From positions 132,107,574-132,171,573 of the forward strand of contig NC_085841.1 in NCBI RefSeq assembly GCF_035594765.1: DNA of 64,000 nucleotides, read 5' to 3'. The position numbers and the translations under genes are program-made. The DNA comes from Anolis carolinensis (lineage: Eukaryota). Each line of letters starts with the position of its first letter. Within the stretch, counting starts at the first letter, position 1. Shown piece after piece: positions 51,291 to 63,519 of the stretch. A model generated the notes under the pieces. It saw only the letters and a program-made list of their open reading frames with translations, was not told the origin of the DNA and did no database searches.

Positions 51291-52084
51291 TCTCATCAAC
51301 TGTGGTTTGTTCTTGAAGTTTTATGTTTAATGACATCACTAGTGTCCATTCCTACACTTCAGGTTTTAGCCTTCAAATCTCAGAGCCAAATCTTGGATGT
51401 AGCAAACCTAACTGCTGGTGTTGTAAGGATCTAGTTGTTACAAATGTGCTACAATGTCTCCATATTCATTGGTAAATATCAAAAGATATTTACTGGATCT
51501 CTGTCATAGCTACATCTTGAATCTGTCTCCTAATGCAGGAGTACGATCATAATATCTGTCAATAGTGCTTATATGGCATTTTGCACACAAGTTAACCAGT
51601 TTGATTGGAATTTGTTAGCTTTATTAATTTATTTTGCAGTTATACCTCTTAACTAATACAATAGTTTGTTCCTTTGCTTGTTTTATTTGTCTGTGGTTTG
51701 TAATTTTCTAGGCAGAGCAGAACTCCTTGTCATAAACTGAGATTACAATCACTTAAGGGCCTGTATATTGATTCTTGTAGTGTTCGCTCATTATTTGGAA
51801 TAACAGAAGTAGACAATGGCTAGTTTCTATGAAGATTTGGCCATAGGTCTCAGTGACAAAATAACTAAGCAAAAAAGATTATGAGGTTAAGATTTTCAGT
51901 AGTCATTTCTGAATGTTTCTTTTGCTATTTCTCAACATTTTTCCTTTTTGCAGTTAACTGGGTTTATTGGGAACTTATTTTATGGGAAGCAACCAAAACA
52001 CACACATACACACATCAGCCGTCTGTGCACTGGTGATCTGGCATACAGATGGCATAATAACATGTGTATTTTTTTTCTGAACAG

Positions 52085-52449
52085 TGTTTACGGCTGTCCT
52101 TTGGCAAAAAAAAGAAAGACACAAGAGAAACAACCCCAAGAACCTGCTCCAAAAAGAAAACCCTTTGTAGTTAAAACAGACAATTCTTCAGTAGATGAGT
52201 GCTATGAAACAGATGGAACTGAAGAAATGGATGACAAAGAAGAGGAGGAGGAAGAAGAAGAGGAAGAGGACTATTCCGATGATAATGACGACCATGGGGA
52301 TGATGAAGAAGAGGAGGAGGAGGAAGTAGAAGATCGAGAAGAAGAAGAGATTGAGGAAGAGGAGGAAGAGGAGGAGGAGGAAGAAGAGGCAGATGAAGTA
52401 GAAGATGAGGAGGAGGAGGAAGAGGAGGAAGAGGAGGAAGAAGAAAGTG
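52085..52449 (+). CDS. MYT1L: MYT1L coding exon 4 ([11 protein letters not shown]...poly-Glu acidic domain)
   Basis: Acceptor ttttttctgaacag. The first base completes the Ser codon left by exon 3 and the exon supplies the last Cys of finger 1. 365 nt. The donor G|gtaatg (phase 1) is the best candidate before the in-frame TAA at 52476-52478; the 3' boundary is less certain than the 5'. Confidence 0.93.
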
Positions 52450-52976
52450 GTAATGAACAGAGTATTAGTAAAAAGTAAACATGATATGCATTTTGGGTTA
52501 ATATTTCAGTATGGTATGATGGGATTTAGCAGCTTTCATTAAGACTAACAGAACTCATTATGCTAAATCTTTCTCCGTGCTGACAACCACTCTCCCTGTG
52601 CTCTCTTAACAATTATTTTCAGACACCCATCTTTGAAATAGCTCTTGAAAGAGTTAGCAGACCAGTGTCTGAAAATGGGTAGCTTAGAAACTTGCATGCC
52701 AAAAAAAATCCTGCAGAAATGTATGGCTGTATTCCTGCTTGCAGTTTTAATGCTACAGGCTCAAACAGTTATTTGTGGAAGTAAATGGTTAATGTGTGCA
52801 CACATCTGTATTAACAGTTAACGTATGTGTTTGTTGTAATTGTCTGCTTCATAGTAGTTGCTTGTTCTCATATGAATATGGCCTCATGTTTGCAGATGCT
52901 CATGGCAATGCAATATGAAGACCGTCCCTTTTTGAAAATGTTGACCCCACACCTTAGTTTAGAAGTATGAATGATA

Positions 52977-53153
52977 CCGTATTTCACTGATTTGAAGACA
53001 CCATCGATTCTAAGACGCACACTAATTTCAGTACCACCAACAGGAAAAAGAATTATTTTTACATACATAAAAGCACCTGTGATTCTAAGACATAGCCCAT
53101 TTTAGAGATGTTTATATGGGGGAAAAGTACATCTTAGAGTCAAGGAAATACAG
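52977..53153. mobile_element. Tc2-like MITE
   Basis: TA-CCGTATTTC ... GAAATACAG-TA, with the internal repeat GATTCTAAGAC. Confidence 0.7.
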
Positions 53154-53155
53154 TA

Positions 53156-53220
53156 GGTGTGTGTGTGTGTGTGTGTACACACACACATATATACATACAC
53201 ACACACACATACACACATAT
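53156..53220. repeat. (GT)n followed by (AC)n compound microsatellite
   Basis: Direct reading of the sequence. Confidence 0.9.
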
Positions 53221-53480
53221 AAACTTGGTTCTTTGAGACTTGGATGTTGTGTACTTTAGGTGTTGTTATAAAAACTATGGAGACTGACAGATTAATGTAA
53301 ATATTCCATTTAGTATGTTTGTATGTATACACAGCACAATAAATTAAGAAATATTCATTATCCCATGGATATATTACCATGGGAATTAAGGCAGTGACAT
53401 TTTTATTATTTCAGGTTTTGTGGACTTGTAAATAACTGGTGTTTTTCAAACCGTATAAACACTAGTTTACATTAGTCCTA

Positions 53481-53615
53481 GGCTGGATCTACACTGCTTT
53501 GTATCCCAGGATCTCATCCCAAATTATCTGCTTTAAACTGAGTTGTATGTCTCCACTACCATATTATCTGGGATAAGAAGATAATTTGGGATGTAGGGCA
53601 GTATAGAAGAGGCCC
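53481..53615. mobile_element. Harbinger-like MITE, diverged
   Basis: Ends GGCTGGATCTACACTGC and GCAGTATAGAAGAGGCC. Internal inverted repeat ATCCCAAATTATCT/AGATAATTTGGGAT. Confidence 0.6.
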
Positions 53616-55406
53616 AGCTGCAATCAGATTATTATGTAATGAAATGACAATCAAAATAAATGCAAAAATTCATTGGTAATTTTTCTCATTCCCAGGGGAC
53701 ACGTTTTGGTGTGGTATAATCCCCTTTTAACCAGTAACTTGATGATTTCCTCTTAGGAGTTAGGTATGAACATTATCTGATTTTGATTCAGTATCATCTT
53801 AGATTAGAACTAGATGAAGGCTTTGGTATACTCTAGGAAAACAAGCAGTAAAAGCCCTCTTCATAATGTTTCCTCTTTAAATTCTCAGGAAAGGAAAACA
53901 TTGAAATTTGAAACAAGTGTTCTCATGGCAAAGTGATAGCTAATTTTTTCCTAATTTGTGGTCTAGGAATATGTATAATCATTAATTGCAACTGTTACAG
54001 AAACAAATTACAAATAAGACAATTTCTTGCATGTAGTACATTGTATAATTTTAGATTCCATTAAAGTGGAATTTATTTCTGAGTAAACATCCACTGAATA
54101 GGAATGCTAGAAAGTAAAAAAAAACCCAAAAAAAAAACCTCAATGCTATCAAAGATTATGTAAGAATAAATTAATATAGAGTTCATACACATCTGATATA
54201 GTATATTTACTTCTAGTATATTATAAAATATACTGTTTTTACTAATTTACTGCTACATAATGAAGTGACCTGAATCAATAACCAGGAACTGTTACTGCTT
54301 TATGGATATTTCTTTTGTGCACAGTTGATTTCTATTAGAAACAGGTAGTAGGGTGGATAATGATAGAGTAGTGCCTGCATTAGATAATTATAAGCAACTA
54401 CATTTAGGTTCCTGAATTTGGGCAAAAAGAATGCTTTAAAAGATAGGAGAAAAGTATTAACAACAGATGTAATAGAAAAATATTTTCATTTCTGGGTTTT
54501 TTTAAGCCCCAACAGATATGGCTGGAAAAATAACAGCAGTTGTTGAACACAGTACTTTCACAAGTTGACTTCCTTTTCTTTAATTCAAGGAATGTGAAGA
54601 TTTCATTAGTTTTATATACAAGTGTTTTAAATAATGAAATAGAGAAAAATGCAATTAGGTATCTGATACTTTCTTTTTAATTTGTCTGCTAAATCCAAGC
54701 TCTAAGTACAAGTGCAAGTATAATACTCTAGACCTCTAATCGTGGCTAAGAAACTGAAAGCAAGCTATGGGATTGCATAGCCATACTCCTACTATGCAAT
54801 GGTTATTGCTCATAATTGTGCTTAGTGCCTTGGTTGGCTATAACAGGGTTACTTCTTGCCATGTTTTCCTCTTAACCAGGTTTTGAAATCTGTGGAAACC
54901 ATTGTAACCAATGCTAAGAAAACTTTTATTCCCATTAATAATACAAGTATGTAGGTATCTTGAGCCCCATTAAGTTGAATGCTTTAGATCACATGTGTCA
55001 AATGTAAGGGTCATGGGCTGAATCCAGCCTACTATGTTATTTTATATGACCTGTGAGGCTTTCAATGCCACATAAAATGACGTGGCAACATAGTTATATT
55101 TCTAAAGTCTTAGAATTGCAAACACGTTTGACATCCCTACTGGTATTTAAGAAAATTGTTTGCATTTTTTCAGACACCATGAACAGTTAACAATGATACC
55201 TGTTAGAAATTATAGTAGCAAACCTATTTTGCTTAAAAAATTCCATGAAATGGGGTTGCCCAGCGAAATAGGCCAACTGCTGTGGAAAAAACAAGGCATG
55301 CAAAAAGCCCTGTGTGTGTAGTCAAGCCGTCTGTCTGCTTATAAAAGCTTGGCTTATTTCTGGTCTTTTTGCAACTTTTCTTCCTCTGTCTAATGATACT
55401 CTAAGC

Positions 55407-55540
55407 CAGTGGTTCTCAACCTGTACGTCCCCAGGTTTTTGGCCTACAACTCCCAGAAATCCCAGCCAGTGTACCAGCTGTTAGGATTTCTGGGAGTTGA
55501 AGGCCCAAACATCTGGGGACCCATAGGTTGAGAACCACTG
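55407..55540. mobile_element. Palindromic hAT MITE
   Basis: Perfect TIRs CAGTGGTTCTCAACCT and AGGTTGAGAACCACTG. Internal inverted repeat CAACTCCCAGAAATCC/GGATTTCTGGGAGTTG. Flanks CTCTAAGC and CTCTGAGA (6/8). Confidence 0.88.
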
Positions 55541-58500
55541 CTCTGAGAATACCCTTTGCCTAGATTTTGAGATGAAGCTTTCTGGAAGTACAAAGAGCTA
55601 TATTATTGAAAGAGGTCTGAGGATGGTTGGAAACTCTTGGCATCTTCCTTTAGAATCCCCTTGGATGGTCATTTCTTAGAGGGAACCTCCATAGAGGTGT
55701 ATAGAATTTATTTTCTGTATATATGAATTTTGGAGCATATATCTGGAGAAAATTAAATAGGACATATATTTCAAAGGCAGTAAGACACTTACAAAAAATC
55801 CACTCCTAGTCTTTGATTAAATATACAAAGCATACTAAAGCAACACTCTTACAAATCTCAAAATACCAATTAAAGAGAACCAAAGACTTATAGAGACAGA
55901 CATTAGACTCACATGGCAGTAAATAATCATATGGAAGAAGAAGGATCTCTAAAATCCTATTCAAGAGTTGAAGAAGTCGTCTTTAGTACAACATTAAGTA
56001 TATTGAGTCTCTTTGATAGAATATATATACCTTGTCTTCAAAAAGCTGTTATCCCTTTGAAAGGCCTTAACTGCTCCATCCCAGTCATCAAAAGAATGAT
56101 TAATTTTTCCAATTTCCCTCACATTTCCTAACCCCCTCCACTCACCAAAGACACGTCAGCTCCTGCCAACTCGTTTGAAATGATTTAACCCATAGATCCT
56201 ATACAACATGGCAAAAGGAGTCATAGTGAGCAAAAGCCTATTCAAGAATTGCCTTTCTCTGTGGTGGTTATAATCTTTCATTTCCCATTTGATTTGCAAG
56301 GCCAAACTAACTGAGATATTTCTCCTCCTTCAGAGAGGAGATCACATCAGATAGATGGTTCCCAAAGACTGTTTCACAAAGCTTTTCTGTTATAGAAAGA
56401 AATCTCCGCTGGAGGAGCTCCAGGAACAGATGTTCCAAGGCATCATTTAGCCTTTATCATATGAAGACATTCAAGATGGCTTGTGCTCCAGGTATTTCAT
56501 AACCCCCTCAGGATCAGGAAGAATGAGGTTGATTCCAAGGCTCGCAGAAAAATGATACAAATGATGAAAAATTTTATCCATTTCATACAATCATGCTGTA
56601 TAAAAATATGTATACTTAGGTATGGAAGGGAAGGTATAAATGTTTAAATCTGAAAATTTTGTAAATATATATTTTGATAAAACTCACATTCATAATTTCC
56701 CCTATTCACAGTATCAGGAAAATGCAAGTTTGTTCATGTGTTTATTTAAAAAAGAATTTATAAAGCTGAACAATATGAATTTAATTTCAAAATTGGGCTA
56801 AGATAAAAAAAGTTGACATTTAATATAACAAAGAGTAGATAATGCAACCAGGAGTGTTACACTACCACCTTTTTATTTTGGTGAATTTATGGGCAACCCA
56901 TCATATTAATAAGACATGAATGGGATTCTAATGTAATTATAGTGTCATCATGCTTTCTAGTGACCCAATTATAATTTATTTTAATATAAAATATGGAAAT
57001 GGAAATAGGTCACTAATACTGCATGCTTATTGCAGTCTTTTATTCTCATTCTCAAAACAGACACAGCTTATAAAACAACACAATTTTAGTTATGTTTCTA
57101 AAAACAACCCAGCTTTGCTTCTTTTGGTTGGTTGGTTGGTTGTTAAGGCATGTTTGTATGATAACATTTTCTGTCTTCAAAAGCCCTCTTCTTCCTTCAA
57201 ATGCAAATTTTTTGAAACTGAAAGGAGAACATATTGTTCCAATACAAAAATCAGCTTTCACAAATTGTCCATAGCTGTTTTGCTTAATATAGATATGAAT
57301 TTCCCAACATTGGAAACTCCATAGAAAATTGTAGATACTACCCAGATTTGAAACATTAGTGCAAAAATTAAATTCATAAAAAGGCAATCGCTCATCAACC
57401 TTTATGAGTGTGATCTACATGGAACAAGTGAAAAGTATAAGCTTTATTTTTGCTCATACAAATTGTTCAGTTGTATTATTTGTGTTGCTAATATGTTGTG
57501 GCAGGAATGCCATGCAGGAATGCATTTTCTTTATATTAAAGAGACAGCTAACTTATGTATATCAAGGGCAGCCTAATCTACTGCCTTCAAAGATGGATAT
57601 TTGCACACTTCAGACGATCCATTTTCTTGTGCTACACAGGAGAACATTGCAACACTGTATAGCACATAAATCAGGTAATTTTGTAATACTGAACACATGG
57701 CAAAGAACCTTTAAGCATTTGAGGCTACTATGCATGGTGGTCTTTGATTTGTAGTACACTTACTTGTCCTGAATTTCCATAACTATTGGTGCAAAAACAT
57801 TAAACTAAATCAATGCCCTCTCTTACCTTTTGGTATTCGAAGTCCTCTGTCAGGGTTTGGTGGAGTTTTGGTGGCCCCTTGCAGATGGCCCTAAAGCTGT
57901 GAAGGAGATGGATATGAAGGCCAAGGAATCTGAGAGTTGGTCTAAAAGATCATGCCAAGACTACTAATTTCAATCTCTTAAGAAAAGCCCCCTAAGAAGG
58001 AAAATAGATTTTGCTTCATATGTTTGCCATCCCTTATGACAGGAAAAGGGAACAAAAGTATTGTTATCAAATATGTAGCTTTATTGCCTGACATTTTAAT
58101 TCCTTCATCATCTGTAAGTAAACCTATTGAAAATAACTTCACCCAGTTTCTGGGCACATACCCCTTTTTGAAATAAATGACAATCATAACCTTATTGATA
58201 AGGGAAAATGATGTCATATCAATTTGGCAAATGTGAATCTCCATGAACATGTGGAGACCACCAGTCAAGGAAAGCATTACCTTGTTAGAAGTCAACTCTT
58301 TGAACAAGTGATATTCAAAAGCATTCATGTAAGGCACGCAGGTAACTCAGCTGTTCAAATGAAGAACCATGTATTTGAACTGCCAAGGACAAAGACATGC
58401 CACTACAAAAATATAGTTGGTTAGCAGAGGATGGTTGTTTTTTTTGAAATTGAAATTGCAGTTGCAGTTGCCTAAAAGATATACACTCCCTTGAAACCGC

Positions 58501-58544
58501 TTAGTTTAAAATATGCACTCAGAAAATTTTAAATATTAAGCGGA

Positions 58545-59567
58545 GGGGGGGGAATTGCACCCCCCGCGCTGCGGGAAGTGTGGCCATGCTCCGTGGGAGG
58601 CGGGGCATGGCCAGACCTGGCCCCGCCTCCCGCGCTGCTCGCCCTGACCCCGCCTCTCGCGCAGCGTGGGAGGTGGGGCCAGGGCGCGTGGGGCAGGAGG
58701 CGGGGCTCCGCCCAGATGGGGCCCCGCCTCCAGCCCCGTGCGCCCTGGCCCAGGCCAGCCAGCCAGGAAGCGACGGTAGTCTCTCCAGACCGTGGCGATC
58801 GTGACCTGGAGGGACCTCCCCTGCAATCTGGCCAGCTGGAAAAGGCCAGATGGGTGAGGGTGAGCAGCACAGGAGGCGGGGCCAACCCTGGCTCCGCCTC
58901 CCGTGCTGCTCACCCTGACCCCGCCTCTCACGCAGCGTGAGAGGCGGTGCCAATGCGCACATGGCGGGAGGCGGGGCTCCGCCCAGACGGGGTCCTGCCT
59001 CCCACCCCGCACGCCCTGGCTCAGGCCAGCTGGCCAGACTGCAGCGAAGGTCCCTCCAGGCTGCGATCGCAGCCTGGAGGGACCTCCCCTGCAATCTGGC
59101 CAGCTGGAAAAGGCCATACGGGCGAGGGTGAGCAGCATGGGAGGCGGGGCCAAGGCGCACAGGGCAGGAGGCGGGGCTCTGCCCAGACGGGGCCCTGCCT
59201 CCCGCCCCACACGCCCTGACCCAGGCCAGCTGGCCAGACTGCAGCGGAGGTCCCTCCAGGCCACGATCACGGCCTGGAGTGACCTCCCCTGCAATCTGGC
59301 CAGCTGGAAAAGGCCAGACGGGTGAAGGTGAGCAGCGCGGGAGGCGGGGCCAACCCTGGCCCTGCCTCCCGTGCTGCTCACCCTGACCCCACCTCTCGCG
59401 GAGCATGAGAGGTGGGGCCAGGGCGCACGGGGCGGGAGGCGGGGCTCCACCCAGACGGGGCCTTGCCTCCCACCCCTCGCGCCCTTGCCCGGCTGGCCTC
59501 CACGGTGCCCCCGGGACTGTGCGCCCGAAGTGGGCGCTTCAGAGGCCTCCGCGTTGGGCCGGCCCTG
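58545..59567. repeat. GC/CpG-rich tandem array of hairpin modules (periods 268 and 200 bp), probably the interior and one end of a DNA transposon
   Basis: The anchor CTGGAG(G/T)GACCTCCCCTGCAATCTGGCCAGCTGGAAAAGGCCA occurs at 58806, 59074 and 59274. The block ends GGGCCGGCCCTG. Confidence 0.85.
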
Positions 59568-60794
59568 TTAGGACGTTATCATGAGGTCTGGGCTCTGCCT
59601 TGGACACTTCCTGGATGGAGTCTGGATGAAGCCAGAATGGAGCCCATCACATGAATCAGGACTACTTTTGATAGGGCTCTGTCCTATCTCTGTCCTGGAA
59701 GTGTCCTATGACAAAGCTCTGAGAAGACGGGAGGCTTTTCATGTTCTCATAAGATAAGCTGACTATAATAGTTTCCCGTGGGATGGGGAAGGGAGCAATG
59801 CAGGGAGTGGGGCAATGGTTTCCCCTACTGTCGGCTGGATTTGCCCCACTGTCCCATGGATGCCCCCACTTTCCCCTGGCAATGTGATGGGGTCCTTAGT
59901 TTCATTTTCAAGCCCAAGGAAGGTAAGGCAAACCTTGTGGCTCCTACTGAGGTTTTTCTTGTTTTTAAAGACTAAACAGAGGGCCGGGGAGGAGGGACAA
60001 TTCCCATGCCCAACCCTGCTGTTCATGAATCTGCAGGAATGGGTAACTATCCATCCCCAAGCCTAAAAGTGGTGTGGCTGCCTCTATAGTGAGTGAAACT
60101 GGTATTTAAAATGCTGGTTTCACTCGTATATTAAGCCTGTGTGGAAGCGGCCTTTGACTCAAGATGACAACTTTCTGAAGTACATCAGAGGAAGTAAACA
60201 TGGGTGGTGTCTACACAACCAAAAGAAAATGGACTCACCACTCAGCTGCTATTGGGAGTAAAGATGATGTACAGCAGGATTTTATGCAGAAGTGCTATAT
60301 GTAACAATTAATGTAGGTCAAAAGGATACAGAGTTTATTCCAGAGCTTCCAGGAAGATCTAGATTGATCCCTGAATTTTGTAGGTGTGGACAGCAGCTGA
60401 ACAGGCTGGTTCTGGCCCAGTTTACTGTCTACACAGAGATCCACAGTTGGTGATGTCACTTCTGCTGATGTCATGCCAGAGCATACAGCTAAGTGACCAA
60501 AAATGTGATCTTTCCAGCAAGCATCTGGCAGGATGCTGCTTTTTCCTGCTGATACAAAGGCGGCCTCATTGCATCCTTGGCCTGGCAGGCCATATGGATG
60601 ACCAAAGGGCTCCAGGGCTGCTCCAGGGCTGCAACAGAGCAGCTCCAAACACTTTATCCCCAGATTAAGTTTAGACATGTCTATGAAAAACTATGCTGGC
60701 AACTTTATTTTCTCTGTTCTTTCATCTCTTGGGTGCTACAAGACTGCTTTGCATCAGTATTACAGTGTTAGTCATCAAGATGAACATGAGACAA

Positions 60795-61010
60795 GTCTGC
60801 TGGATCACACCACATGTCTATCTAGTGTCACCCTGAGTGACCGGCAGTCTCTTAGCAAGTGGGCATAAAAGTAATAGTTTCTTCCCATTGCTATTTCATA
60901 ACAGCTTCTGAAAGACACACTGCCTTTGAAAGCTAGATGTTTCATATAGCTATCATGACTAATAGCCCTGGACTAGACTTTTTCCTGTAGATTTGTTTCA
61001 ATCTTTTCCC
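60795..61010 (-). mobile_element. Old CR1-like 3' UTR fragment
   Basis: CTGCTGGATCACACCA and ACTGCCTTTGAA...CATATAGCTATCATGACTAATAGCC resemble the reverse strand of a CR1 3' end. Confidence 0.5.
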
Positions 61011-62129
61011 CATTTTCTATAAAATGTTATTTTTGTTTAAAATTAAAGGTAATGCTATAGGCTTCAAAAAGAAAAAGAAAAACATGGAACAATCAAAGAT
61101 CACTAAAGGAATTTTAAAAACTCATTGCTTACAGTGTTTGTGTAATCAGTGCTTTTGTACAGCTAGAATACCGCAGACAAAGGAAAAGCTTAATGGAAGA
61201 TTAGATATATGAGGAGTGTCTTTTTTTTGTACTTGACCAGAATTTGAACAGAAATTTAAAGAGCTTCCCTATACAAAGTAAGTGAATTGTGTAAGCTAAA
61301 GTTCACCAGGCCATCTTGTTATAATTGAATACCATGAGTTCTAGAATTATAAGACCAATTTTCCTTCTCATGGATAGTTTTATGAACTTTAATCATTACT
61401 TTAATCACCTATTTCTCTCTAAAGTAAAACTCACCAGAAATCATATCCTTCCTTCTAAGGTAGGAATGTAGGCCCCCCCCTTTACTGTTTTTGTTTGCTC
61501 TTTTCTCCGTTTTTTGTCGACTCTAAAGTATTATTTTGAGATGTGCAAAGTGAAAATTATAAATGATACTGCATGTGTGGTTGCATTTTGATGCATTTTT
61601 GATCTCCATCTTAAATATTTTGGGTGTAGAATTTTTCCCGTCTCTTTATTTTTTGCAGCTGTTAAACTCTTAGTCCAAAGTTTAATTTAATTCAATTATA
61701 CCATGCTTTGCTTTGTTTTCATTAGTAATTGCAAAGTGTAAATTTAAATTAAGAATTGCTTTTGCATTAATGCATAATTGCTGTTAGCCATAAAACATTT
61801 TGAATGTTCAAATTGGCATCTCAAAAATCTTCATTTCAAAAAATGTAAGTACAGTACTGAAAATACTCTTTGCTTTGTGCATCATGGAGAGAAAAATCTC
61901 TCTTGAGGCAGTAGTTGCAAGTATTAGAAGATTCCCATAAATATGGATGGATTCTGCTGAGCAGAAATTAGGGGAGAAAAAAACTCTTGCCAGCATGCTT
62001 TAAATTTATTTAGTTAATTTTATTTTATTTCCCTCTGTATAGTTTATCAAAATATAAGCAATAAAATCACACTCAACTTCAATAAAGAGCCAAATGTAAA
62101 TAAATAAATAAAGGACTAAATGCCTGCTG

Positions 62130-62520
62130 GATGAGGATTGTCTTAATCTGATTTCTGAATATATCCGAGGATGAATGATGATTCCTAGTAGACCTCTCTA
62201 GGGTCTACTGCTAAGAATAACATTTTTGGTAGCCACCATTTGTGCCTTCGTGGGAAGTGGTACTCAGAGAGGACCCTACCAAGGGGGACCTTAATAATAT
62301 GGTAAAAACATATGGCAAAAGGCAGATCTTCATATATACTTAAACCATTTGAAGATTTGAAGTTCAACACAAACATTTTGAATTGAGCCCAGAAAAATCT
62401 GGCAACCAATGCAGTTGATGCAGCGGTGAGTTAACAATGAACTTTCCGGACTGTCTACAAAGATAGTCCAGCATGCAATGCATTACAGTAATCCAGGAAT
62501 GTGATTACCAGTCCAAGGAT
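62130..62520 (-). mobile_element. Old decayed L2 ORF2 fragment
   Basis: Minus-strand peptide WAQFKMFVLNFKSSNGL parallels RAQFKVLVLAYKALNG in the younger copies. A GATTACTGTAATGC (DYCNA) remnant lies near 62480. Confidence 0.6.
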
Positions 62521-62989
62521 AACTGGATTCAGAGAAATGAAAACCACCTTTGAACTGTGAACATATTCATTTCAGGAAAGGTCAATTCCCTTTGAGAGTG
62601 GACTGTGCAGATAATTATGTAAGAAATCATGGAACCAGTTCAAGGCCGGATGGTGATTATATAAACAGAAAAGCACTGGTGCACATTAAGGGCTTTATTT
62701 TGTGCACTTTTTTGGGAGTTAGTTGTCTGGCTCCCACAGTTTTAAGTTAGCTTTGAACTACATTCAAATGTCCATGTAGTTGGACCCGGAGTGTCCGTAG
62801 GGCACAGAAATATTCCTTCAGCAACACTTTCTGGAATTAATGATGCAATGTAGGAACAGAACCACTATAAAACAGCACCTCTGTTTCCCATTTTCAGACA
62901 GACTGCACTAGACGTATGCTCAAAAGACAGTCTAGGAAAATGCACTCCTTTTATGTTTCTCCCAGAAAACAGGGTAACCTTTTAGTTGG

Positions 62990-63033
62990 TCTAAAAAAGG
63001 CAAAAATTTGATCTAAAAAAGGCAAAAATTTGA
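62990..63033. repeat. Perfect 22-bp tandem duplication
   Basis: TCTAAAAAAGGCAAAAATTTGA twice. Confidence 0.9.
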
Positions 63034-63211
63034 GGCTTCTTAATAGTTTTTAAGTTAATAGTAACAGTTTTTAAATGGGTTTTTACAAGATTTTTTAAAA
63101 GAAGCCTCAATTTTTTTATCTACTCAATAACTAGCCAACAAATTCTTTTCTGATTATGCTAAAATGGCATCACTATAATTTCTAAAAGTATAGACATAAT
63201 ACTAAAATATT

Positions 63212-63519
63212 GGAGCCCTTTGTGGCGTAGTGGATTAAACAACTGAGCTGCTGAACTTGCTGACCGAAAGGTTGGCAGTTCAAATCCGGGGAGTGGGGTG
63301 AACTCTTGCTGTTAGCCCCAGCTTCTGACAACCTAGCAGTTCGAAAACATGCCAGTTTGAGTACATCAATAGGTACCACTCCAGTGGGAAGGCAACAACT
63401 GCAGTCATGGAGGCGTCCACGGACAACGCCGGGTCTTCATCTTAGAAATGAAGATGAGCACCAATCCCCAGAGTCAGACATGAATAGGCTTAATGTCAGC
63501 GGAAAACCTTCACCTTCAC
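63212..63519 (+). mobile_element. Sauria SINE
   Basis: Family sequence with B box AGTTCAAATCC. Exact 11-bp TSD ACTAAAATATT (63201-63211, 63520-63530). Confidence 0.93.

Noticed and set aside
51948-52084. 5' extension of the 176-aa ORF
   Set aside because: It lies upstream of the clear acceptor at 52084 and does not fit the spliced zinc finger.
52615-52676. 12-bp inverted repeat ATTTTCAGACAC/GTGTCTGAAAAT downstream of exon 4
   Set aside because: Short stem with a poorly paired interior and no evidence of function.
55560-56130. Possible L1/Tx1 endonuclease remnant on the minus strand (IYAP-like and GD-like pieces)
   Set aside because: The motifs are too short and broken to support by eye.
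58519-59654. Long overlapping ORFs (295 aa, 304 aa and others) on both strands
   Set aside because: They are translations of a GC-rich palindromic tandem repeat, rich in R/G/P/A, with no domain or splice support.
59760-60685. Harbinger-like end motifs (about 60135-60153, 60202 and 60670), similar to those at 23612-24165
   Set aside because: Probably old non-autonomous DNA elements, but I could not pair the TIRs with a TSD.
63024-63116. AT-rich inverted repeat TTGAGGCTTCTT/AAGAAGCCTCAA next to a 22-bp duplication
   Set aside because: Short and low in complexity; most likely a repair or MITE relic.
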